Assembly: GCA_963814035.1 (NCBI GenBank)
Contig: CAWFBH010000012.1
Span: forward strand, 75,806 to 139,805
Direction: 5' to 3'
From: an uncultured delta proteobacterium
Lineage (GTDB): Bacteria; Desulfobacterota; Binatia; Binatales; Binataceae
DNA length: 64,000 nucleotides
Translations under genes and position numbers: made by a program
The notes under the pieces: generated by a model
What the model saw: the letters and a program-made list of their open reading frames with translations, nothing else
The model's database searches: none
What the model was told of the DNA's origin: nothing
In this document: positions 20,183 to 28,359 of the stretch, piece after piece
How positions within the stretch are numbered: position 1 is the first letter of the stretch
Layout: the number at the start of each line of letters is the position of its first letter

Positions 20183-20942
20183 GCTCGCGCCCGACGACGC
20201 CGCGCTGGGATTTCTGAACGAATTCGACAAGGCGCCGCACTTCCGGAAAAGGACCCTGCTCGTCAAGAACTTTCTGAATTGCGTCGGCGCGAATTAGTTT
20301 CGAGTAAAATAGCGTCCGCATTGCCGTCTTGAGCGCAGCAATCGTTTCGGGAGAAAAATTCCGGCGTTGAAGACCGACCAGGTTGACGCCGACTAGGCGC
20401 GCTCGTTCACCACCGGCGACCATCGAGTACGGCGGCACATCCTGTGCGACCTTCGAACCGGCAGCCAGTATCGCGTGGGCGCCGATCCGGCAGAATTGGT
20501 GGACACCGCACATACCTTCGACAATTGCCCATTCCTCTATGATGCAATGGCCGGCGATTCCGGAGGAATTAGCCACGACCACATGATCCCCGATCTGGCA
20601 GTCATGCGCGATGTGAACATAGTTCATTAGGAAGGCGTGGTTACCGATGCGCGTTACCATTCCCCCCGTTTCGGTACCGCGATGGAGAGTTGTGAACTCG
20701 AAAATCTGGTTGTCGTCCCCGATCTCGAGCATCGAAGGCTCGCCCCTGAATTTGAGATCCTGCGGAGGCGTACCCAGCGAGGCGAACTGAAAGATATGAT
20801 TGCGCGCGCCAATCGTGGTGTTGCTCTCGATGACCGCGTACGGACCGACCACGGTATTCGCGCCGATCCGAACGTTGGGCCCGATAACGGCGCCGGGTCC
20901 GATCTCGACCGACGAATCGAGTTCGGCACTAATATCGATCAC
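20175..20942 (-). CDS. lpxA: acyl-ACP--UDP-N-acetylglucosamine O-acyltransferase
   Basis: Left-handed beta-helix hexapeptide repeats plus a C-terminal helical domain (RRNFSPETIAALKTAMRTLF). fabZ-lpxA order. Confidence 0.9.
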   Translation of the reverse strand: MIDISAELDSSVEIGPGAVIGPNVRIGANTVVGPYAVIESNTTIGARNHIFQFASLGTPPQDLKFRGEPSMLEIGDDNQIFEFTTLHRGTETGGMVTRIGNHAFLMNYVHIAHDCQIGDHVVVANSSGIAGHCIIEEWAIVEGMCGVHQFCRIGAHAILAAGSKVAQDVPPYSMVAGGERARLVGVNLVGLQRRNFSPETIAALKTAMRTLFYSKLIRADAIQKVLDEQGPFPEVRRLVEFVQKSQRGVVGRERD

Positions 20943-20965
20943 CGCGGAAGCATGAATCTTGCCGG

Positions 20966-21421
20966 CTATGACAATTTCTCCTCGGATACTTCCATGGCTG
21001 AAAGTTCGGCTTCGGCGGCGATTTCACCGCCGACTCGCGCTTCCGCGCGCATTTTCCACAGCGGACCGCGGCTGCGAATCACGCTAACTTCCATTTCGAG
21101 CTGATCGCCGGGGACCACCGGGCGGCGAAAACGCGCCTTCTCGACCCCGGTCAACACGAACATACGCTGACTCTCGGATTTCAGTTCGGCGAGCGCGAGG
21201 ATGGCGGCCGATTGCGCCAGCGCCTCGATTATCATCACGCCGGGCATCACGGGATTGCCGGGGAAATGCCCGACGAAGAATGGTTCGTTGTTGCTGACGT
21301 TCTTCAGCGTGCGGGCCTTGCCATTGCCGATTTCCACCACCCGATCGACCATCAGAAACGGGTAGCGATGCGGCAGCATCCGCAGAAAATGATCGAGCTG
21401 ATGATTTTTGCCGGCCGCCAA
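20966..21421 (-). CDS. fabZ: 3-hydroxyacyl-ACP dehydratase
   Basis: LPHRYPFLMVDRV and HFPGNPVMPGVMIIEALAQ hot-dog motifs. Confidence 0.95.
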   Translation of the reverse strand: MAAGKNHQLDHFLRMLPHRYPFLMVDRVVEIGNGKARTLKNVSNNEPFFVGHFPGNPVMPGVMIIEALAQSAAILALAELKSESQRMFVLTGVEKARFRRPVVPGDQLEMEVSVIRSRGPLWKMRAEARVGGEIAAEAELSAMEVSEEKLS

Positions 21422-21440
21422 ATGCGTTTACTTCAGAGGA

Positions 21441-22088
21441 CTACTTCGAGATGGAAGAATGCTTGGCCGCGGCTGAGCCGAAATCGCTGGGCGAGGACGC
21501 GCCGGCTTGTTGTTCACCGCCGCCCTCATCACCACCGCCGCCGGCGACCGCGGGCATACCACCACCGAGAGATCCGATCTTCACGTGCATGCCGTTGTAG
21601 GTGCGGATGACCTGGTCAGTGATGTCGATTCCCGGCGTACCCCAAAGGATGGAGCCCTTCTCGAACACCATCGTGTAGCCGCTCTTCTCGCCGACATCGC
21701 GGATCACTTGCGCAAGGTCATGGATGATCATTCCGGTCATTTCCTGATCCTTGCGCTCGAGATCATCCTTGGAATCTTTGTAGTTGCGCTCGAAGTTTTT
21801 GGCCTTGTTGAGGTACTCGTCCTGAAGGCTCTGCCGCTGGTCGGGTTTCATGAGCATGCCTTTTTTCTCGAGCTCGTCTTTGAGCCTTGCGACTTCATTC
21901 TCCTGGCTCTGCAAGCTTTGTTCGACACCCTGCACCTTGACCCGGAAGTCAGCCTTAGCCCTCTTGCCGGCCTCGCATTCATTGAGCGCGCGCTGAACAT
22001 CGACGTAGGCGAGCTTCACGTCGGCTCGGGCGGGCACCGCGGCCAGCAGGGCGAAAAGAGTAACAGCGACCATCAAGCGATTTCTCAT
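21441..22088 (-). CDS. skp: OmpH/Skp periplasmic chaperone
   Basis: ORF 21441..22361 trimmed to Met92. Signal peptide MRNRLMVAVTLFALLAAVPARA, a coiled-coil body, and SD GGGAGG upstream. Atypical Gly-rich C-terminal tail (GSLGGGMPAVAGGGGDEGGGEQQ..). Confidence 0.85.
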   Translation of the reverse strand: MRNRLMVAVTLFALLAAVPARADVKLAYVDVQRALNECEAGKRAKADFRVKVQGVEQSLQSQENEVARLKDELEKKGMLMKPDQRQSLQDEYLNKAKNFERNYKDSKDDLERKDQEMTGMIIHDLAQVIRDVGEKSGYTMVFEKGSILWGTPGIDITDQVIRTYNGMHVKIGSLGGGMPAVAGGGGDEGGGEQQAGASSPSDFGSAAAKHSSISK

Positions 22089-22252
22089 CGGAATTGGAAT
22101 CCTCCCGGAACGCGAATCATAGCAATGCCGGCCTTGGCGGGGAGTCCTGAGGCAAGTCGGACCGGCGCTGTTTGAATTGCAACTATCGAGGCAGTATTTA
22201 AGCCAATTTCCTATGCCGCGCGCTATAGGGGTGGTGAAACTCGCGCGGGTTC

Positions 22253-24702
22253 CTACAGGGGCGCGCCGCCGCCGATCTCGAAAACGTTGCTCTGGTCTTG
22301 CGGCCGAGGGTTGATGGGCCGCGCGATGTCGACTGCGAGCGGACCGAACGGCGAGCGCCATCGGATGCCGACACCGTAGGCTGCCTGCAGCGAGCTCAGG
22401 GTTATGCTGTCGCTCAGGCGATAGGCCTGGCCCGCGTCGGCGAAGATGACGCCGCGGATGCCCAGTCCTGACAGGATCGGAAACGTGATTTCGCCATCGA
22501 GGAGCAACTCCTTGCTGCCGCCGATGTTCTGGATTTGCTGCGGCTCGCCGGCCTGGTTGAGGATCAGGACTTCGGGGCCCAATGAATAAAGCTGATAGCC
22601 GCGAACGTCGCCCTGGCCGCCGACGCCGCCGGGAAAGAATCGTTCGTACAAAGGAAGCTCGTTCCCTTGTCCGGGTGAGAGCGTAGTGCCAATGCCGTAA
22701 GTTATTCCCGGCGAAAAGACAAACTGGCCGAAGGTTGCGCTCTTGATAAAGGTGTAAAAGAAACGCGCGTGTGCGATCGCTTTAAGAAATGCCGTTCCCG
22801 GGCCGATTCCCGCGATTTCGGCATTGAGGCTTTCGATTGAGCCGCTGCGCGGATCGATCGGATTATCCACCGTCGCGCGCCGGATGCTCGGCTCCAGCTC
22901 GGATACCAGGGTATAGCCTTTGTAGCGCGCAATCTGAAAAGTGGTGAACGGCGAAAGTCCACCGATGCCAACGCTTTCGATTTGATAACCCAAGCCCGCG
23001 CGTACGTTCTCCAATGAAAACGGACCGATGTTCTTGAGGCCCAGTTCCACCAGCGGATAGCTCGAGTTGACCGCGCCACCCGCGGCATTTTGATGGAACG
23101 CGAAGAGGTCAGTTTTGCTGTCGAAGACTGAGAGCGATACGGCCAGCGGAATATCGAGGAACCATGGCTCGGTGTAACTAGCGGTATAGTTTTGGAACAG
23201 GAAGCCTACCTGGGCGCTCAGCAGCACCGCCTCGCCACCGCCGAACAGGTTGGTGTTGCCGAGCTGGAAATGCCCGAACACCGATTGATAACTGTCGAAG
23301 CCGCCAGCGACTTGAAATGAGGCGGTGCTCTGTTCGGTCACGTCAACGTTGAGGTCGACCTTATCCGGCTGCGTCGAAGGCGCGGTGGTGATGCGGGTGG
23401 TGCTGAAGAAGCCGAGCTGGTCGAGTCGCTGCTTGGAGTTTCGGATCAGCGACGCCGAATAGGGCTCCTGTTCCTGGACTTGCATCTCGCGGCGGATGAC
23501 TTTGTCGGAAGTCCGGGTGTTGCCGCTGATGTTGATACGGTTGACCAGCACCTCACGGCCCGGGTTGATTGCGAAGGTGATGTTAACCTTGCGCGCGACC
23601 GGGTCGAGTGGAGTTTTAGGTTGCACGTCAACGAAGGCATAGCCGCGATCGGAATAGAAATCCGACAGCGTCAGCACATCATGCTGCATCGTCGAGCCGC
23701 GGAAATCCTCGCCCGGCTTGATGGTGATCAAGGGGACCAATTCGCTGCGCGGATACTTGAGGTCACCGGCCACATCGATGGTGCCGACTTTGTAAATCGG
23801 TCCCTCATCGATCGGGACGACCACTTTCAACCCCTTCGGGATGCGGCTGATGATAGGTTCGCCGACGTGGACGTTCAGATAGCCATGGTCGTAGTAGAAG
23901 GACGCGATGCGGTCGGTGTCATCGCGCAGTTTCTTCTTGTCGAGCACGCCCGCACTGGTGATCAGACTGAGCAGCGGGATGTATTGAGCGCTATCCATCT
24001 GGCCGCGCAATTCGCGAGCGGGAAACGCATGATTGCCGGTAAAATCGACCTCGCGGATGTAGACCTTGGGTCCTTCGGTGACCTGGAAAGTTCCGACCTC
24101 GGTGTTGTTGGGTCCAAGTTGCTCGTGATAGTCCACCTTGGTATCGGAGTAGCCCTTGCTCTCGTATGCTTCCTTGATTCCCTTTTCGGTTTCGGCGACG
24201 CGGGCAGGATCCATAATCGAGCCCGGATGGATCTCATGGCGGCGATTATCTTGTCATCGCTGGGACGGATCTCCTTCATCCCAGTGATTTTGACATCCGA
24301 GATTTGAGGACGCTCGTCCACCTTGTAAACCAGGACTACTTTGCCGTTTTGATTCCGTGTCTCGGAGATTACGTTGCGAAAGAAACCCATCTGGTAGATG
24401 GATTTGATGTCGTTGCTGACCGCGTCGCGGTTGAGTGGTTCGCCCACTCGCTGCGAGATATGCAGCCGAATCGCGTCGCTCTCGACGCGCTGATTACCTT
24501 CGATCTGAATGTCGGAGATGGTGGGATTTTGGGCGAGCGAAGTGCCGCCGCCCAAGAGCAGTAAAAACGATAACAGTACCCCGATCGCGCACAACCACCG
24601 CGCGTTGCATCTTCCGATTGCCACCAATATCCACCCAAACGCACGCCAACCTAACCAATCAACCCCGCTATGTAAACCTGAGCTACTCCGCGAGCGATTC
24701 AT
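22253..24702 (-). pseudogene. bamA: outer membrane protein assembly factor BamA, frameshifted as assembled
   Basis: ORF 23962..24735 carries the signal peptide and POTRA1 (ISDIQIEGNQRVESDAIRLHI..). ORF 22253..24214 carries the remaining POTRAs and the beta-barrel, ending ..IGGGAPL. The frames join after ..DDKIIAAM near 24232..24236 (1 nt missing or 2 extra). Confidence 0.9.
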
Positions 24703-24718
24703 CCGGATGCCTAAACCG

Positions 24719-25459
24719 CTATGCCCGCGGCTCATCGAAGAGCTTGCCGTCTTTGAGTCGCAGCGCGCGCCCCATGCTGCGGGTCAGCCGTTCATTGTGT
24801 GTCGCGACGATCAATGTCACGTCGAGTTCGCGGTTCAATTTGTGAAATAACTCGTGGACCTCATCCGCAGTATGCGGGTCGAGATTGCCGGTCGGCTCGT
24901 CCGCCAGGACCAGGCGCGGACTCTGCACCACTGCCCTCGCGACGGCGACGCGCTGCTGCTCGCCGCCTGAGAGCTCCGCCGGCCGGCGATGGAGTTTGTC
25001 GGCCGAGCCCGACCATCGCAAGCATCCGCTCGCGCGCTCATGGGCTTCGCGCTCAGGCCGCGCCCGATCAGAGCCGGCATCATCACGTTTTCCAGCGCGT
25101 TGAAATCCGCCAGCAGATAATGGAACTGGAAGACGAAGCCGAGATTGCGATTGCGAAATTCCGCCAGCGCGCCGTTCATCGAGGGCGAACAGATCGAGGC
25201 CCTCGAAGAGCACCTTTCCGCTGCTCGGCCGCTCCAGGCTGCCAAGGATGTTAAGCAGCGTCGACTTGCCGGTGCCTGACTGCCCGACCACGGCGATCAA
25301 TTCGCCTGGCTGGACGGTGAGGGAGAGATCCTGAAGCACCAGGATCTCGCGGTCGACATCGTGAAAGCTTTTGTTGATGCCGGTAGCGACGATCAGCGGA
25401 CCCGACGCCTGCCCGGCCGCCTGAGGTGCGCTTAGCGCGCTCGCGGCCGCGTCACTCAT
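24719..25459 (-). pseudogene. lolD: lipoprotein-releasing ABC transporter ATP-binding protein LolD, internally frameshifted as assembled
   Basis: Walker [11 protein letters not shown] and [26 protein letters not shown] are in the long ORF. The Q-loop segment ([33 protein letters not shown]) is only in ORF 24835..25245, and MLAMVGLG is in the third frame. Start is ATG 25459. Confidence 0.85.
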
Positions 25460-26735
25460 AACGAATGACCTCAACCGGGGAGAGCGAGCGAGCCTTCAGC
25501 GCCGGGTACAGCGCCGCGACGATACAGAGCAGCATCGACGCAATCGCCACCATCACGAAATTTAAAGGATAGATCCGGACCGGCACGTAATTGATCATGA
25601 ACATGTCGGCGGGCAACTTTATCAGATGGTACTTGCCAATGGCCCATGAGGTTACAAAGCCGGTGCCGGTTCCCAGCACCGTCCCGACCACGCCGAGCAC
25701 CGCGCCCTCAGTAAGGAAAATCGCGGCGACCGAGCCGGCTCGCGCACCCATGGCACGCAGGATGGCGATTTCCTTGCGCCGTTCCATTACCACCATCACC
25801 AGGGTCGCGATGATGTTGAACGCCGCCACCAGCACGATCAGCATCAGGACCAGGAAGTAAGTAAATTTTTCCAGTTGCAGCGCCGAGAAGAGCGGCGCGT
25901 TTTCGGTGGTCCAGTCTTTCACGGAAAAGCCTGGTCCGGCCAGCGCGGAAATCTTTTGCGCGAGCGCGGGAGCCTCGAACATGTCTTTCAGACGTGCCTC
26001 GAGACCGGATTCGAGTTGCGGATCATCAGCGAGGAGCGCCCGCCCCGCCTTGAGATCGGTGAAGATGAGCGTGGAATCAAAATCATACATGCCGGAATAG
26101 AAAAATCCGGTGACCACGAAACGCTTGAGGCGCGGACTGCCCGCCGCACCAGCCAGGCTCGCCGGCGATATCAACGTGATGGTGTCGCCGACGCGAACCG
26201 CGCCGAGATCCTGCGACAAGGTGCGACCGAGGATCGCGCCGGGCAGCTCGACCTGGCGCTTGACGCCGTTGTCGACAACCTCCACCGGATGCATCTCGGC
26301 CAGCGATGCGAGGCTTCCTGCCTCCAACGTGCTTTGTAGTTCGGTCAAAACCGGATTGTCCTTTGCGATGACGCCACGCAGCATCCCGCCGGACATGTAT
26401 GAAGGCGCCCCGCTGGGGGTCGTCCCCACCGCCATCACTTGCGAGGTGACAAACGGCGCGACCGCGACGACGCCCGGCATCGACGCGATTTGGTTCCGTA
26501 GCGCCGCGGGATTCCAGACTTGGCCATCGGAACGCTCGACCACGATTTGGGGGGTGAAAGCCAGCAGACGGGCGCGCAAATCGACCTGGAATCCGCTCAT
26601 CACCGAGAGCGCGACAGTCAGCGCAAAGGTGCCGAGTGTAACACCCGCGAGCGAGATAATTGCGATGAGCGAGACGAAGCGCTCACGCCGTCGCGCGCGA
26701 AGGTAGCGCATTCCTATGAGGTATTCGAAACGCAT
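25452..26735 (-). CDS. lipoprotein-releasing system permease (LolC/LolE, FtsX-type)
   Basis: ORF trimmed to Met60 (MRFEYLIGMRYLRARRRERF..). Periplasmic domain plus C-terminal FtsX TM bundle (EIAILRAMGARAGSVAAIFLTEGAVLG). Confidence 0.85.
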   Translation of the reverse strand: MRFEYLIGMRYLRARRRERFVSLIAIISLAGVTLGTFALTVALSVMSGFQVDLRARLLAFTPQIVVERSDGQVWNPAALRNQIASMPGVVAVAPFVTSQVMAVGTTPSGAPSYMSGGMLRGVIAKDNPVLTELQSTLEAGSLASLAEMHPVEVVDNGVKRQVELPGAILGRTLSQDLGAVRVGDTITLISPASLAGAAGSPRLKRFVVTGFFYSGMYDFDSTLIFTDLKAGRALLADDPQLESGLEARLKDMFEAPALAQKISALAGPGFSVKDWTTENAPLFSALQLEKFTYFLVLMLIVLVAAFNIIATLVMVVMERRKEIAILRAMGARAGSVAAIFLTEGAVLGVVGTVLGTGTGFVTSWAIGKYHLIKLPADMFMINYVPVRIYPLNFVMVAIASMLLCIVAALYPALKARSLSPVEVIRYE

Positions 26736-26973
26736 CGAGGGTGGCCGCGAAATATGCTTTCTGACCGATGCGCCATTTGCAACGGCGGACATCGGGACAG
26801 CGATTCGAACGCGCGTCGAAGAATGCGGTTGGTTCCAGACAGACAGGAAATACGTGCCCTTTGGATTCTGGGTCCGCTCGGCAGCCTCGCGAGCGGGCCA
26901 TTCCCCAGGCATGATTCGGTTTCCTATCAGACACTCGAATGATTCAATTGGACAGGAAACCAGTCGGCTTCGA

Positions 26974-28011
26974 CTAAGTTATGGGGCGGCGACTCGAGGG
27001 AGAGCGGCTGCGAATGCGCTCGAGCAGGCCGGGAATTTGGGCGCGTAGTTCCGGCGCGAGATTAGCGATCATCGGATCGGCCGCATCTTCAAACGATAAA
27101 TCCAGGTATTCCAGGGCAATCTGCCCGACCGCGCCGCCCTGCCGGAAATCACGCTTTCTCTTTATGGGATTGCGATTCGGTTGCACGGAGAGCCACAGCT
27201 TGTGCAGCGCGAAAACGCGCGGGTCGGGAACGATTAGTCGAACTGGGAAGCCATCCTCACCGACTGCGATCTGAGTCATCTTGGGCGCTTCAGCCAGCCA
27301 CTGAAGTCCTTCGATCGAGGTGGCTACGAGGTCGCGGCCGCTGCCGATTTTCGAGCGTTTTCGGGCCGGCGGTTTGATCAAATCAACCATGAAGGTTTTC
27401 GAGTTAACTGCCCTAAAACTCCGCTCGTGCGAGATATCGAAGGTTCTGTCGACTCTTCGTAGGATGCCCAACAATCCCGTTTTGGAGACGCTACCAGCGA
27501 GTTGAAGCGGCGGATTTTCCTCCAGCAGCGTATCGAGATCGTCAGTTTGCATCAGGCCGCTTTTCAAAAGGACGCCGGCTTTCATCTCGTAGGCGAAAAT
27601 CGCGTTGCTCCCCAGAATCACCAGGTGTTCGCCGAGGAGCTTGAGGTCGTCGAGACGCCGAATGATCCTCGCGGTCAGGCGCGGAACCCGATTGACGCCG
27701 GCGGCGATACAGAATCTCGCGCGCCGTTCGAGCTCCTCCTGGGCCTCGCCCAACGCTGATTTGGTCGATTTCTTCTGACTAGTGAAATCGGAGTAGTGTT
27801 TCTCAGTTTCGGGCGAGCGGGGTCCAAGCGACCGAACGTGCCCATATCCGTCAAGGACGCGAATGAGATACTCGCGGCGAGCGATCTTCCGCCAAACCAT
27901 GCCCCCCGAGAGCTCCTCAGACTTCTGACGCAATGCCAAATACTCCTCATACGCCTGAATGGCGTTAATGGCGATGCGCCGTTCTTCAGAACCTATTTCT
28001 TGCCAATCCAT
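26974..28011 (-). CDS. nucleotidyltransferase-fold protein (GSU2403-like, as far as I can recall the family)
   Basis: Minimal NTase signature hG[GS] (HLVILGSNAIFAYE) followed by an acidic DxD (MQTDDLDTLL), after a ~110-aa helical N-terminal region. The gene has lower GC than its neighbours. No partner gene is detected. Confidence 0.55.
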   Translation of the reverse strand: MDWQEIGSEERRIAINAIQAYEEYLALRQKSEELSGGMVWRKIARREYLIRVLDGYGHVRSLGPRSPETEKHYSDFTSQKKSTKSALGEAQEELERRARFCIAAGVNRVPRLTARIIRRLDDLKLLGEHLVILGSNAIFAYEMKAGVLLKSGLMQTDDLDTLLEENPPLQLAGSVSKTGLLGILRRVDRTFDISHERSFRAVNSKTFMVDLIKPPARKRSKIGSGRDLVATSIEGLQWLAEAPKMTQIAVGEDGFPVRLIVPDPRVFALHKLWLSVQPNRNPIKRKRDFRQGGAVGQIALEYLDLSFEDAADPMIANLAPELRAQIPGLLERIRSRSPSSRRPIT

Positions 28012-28017
28012 GACAGC

Positions 28018-28126
28018 TTTCCTATAAGATGCGATTCATCCAAATATTTATAGGAAAAACCACTAATATCGAACTAATTTGGTATTTTCCTATAAAGATA
28101 ACTACAATGGCAATTTTATAGGAAAA
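28018..28126. promoter_or_regulatory. two tandem palindromic operator-like sites built from four TTATAGGAAA boxes
   Basis: The first pair is TTTCCTATAA (28018..28027) and TTATAGGAAA (28048..28057), with a 20-nt spacer. The second pair is TTTTCCTATAAA (28085..28096) and TTTATAGGAAAA (28115..28126), with an 18-nt spacer. Both lie in the AT-rich divergent region between the NTase gene (ATG 28011) and the secretin gene (28360). Confidence 0.45.
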
Positions 28127-28359
28127 AAGGAGAATAAATTTGATCAAATGCCGAGCGCGACTTTTTGGAGGACTGCCCGTCCTTCGTTGAAAGTCTCCCC
28201 CCCAAGGTTCCTCGCGCCGAGCTGCTCGCGTCGGGAGGCATCGACAATTTGTAACCGGACTCGATGTGATGCGTAGAAAACCGATTGGGAAATCAGTTGT
28301 TCCAGCGGACTTCTCTTTATAAACTTCGCGGCAACCTCTATTTTTTGGTGGGGTCATGA

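Noticed and set aside
28022-28357. ORFs 28022..28357(-) and 28079..28276(+) in the AT-rich gap upstream of the secretin.
   Set aside because: They overlap each other on opposite strands and show odd composition (for example ..KFILLFSYKIAIVVIFIGKYQISSILVVF). They have no convincing SD/start combination and lie in what looks like regulatory DNA. A ~42-aa sORF starting at the ATG near 28148 cannot be excluded.
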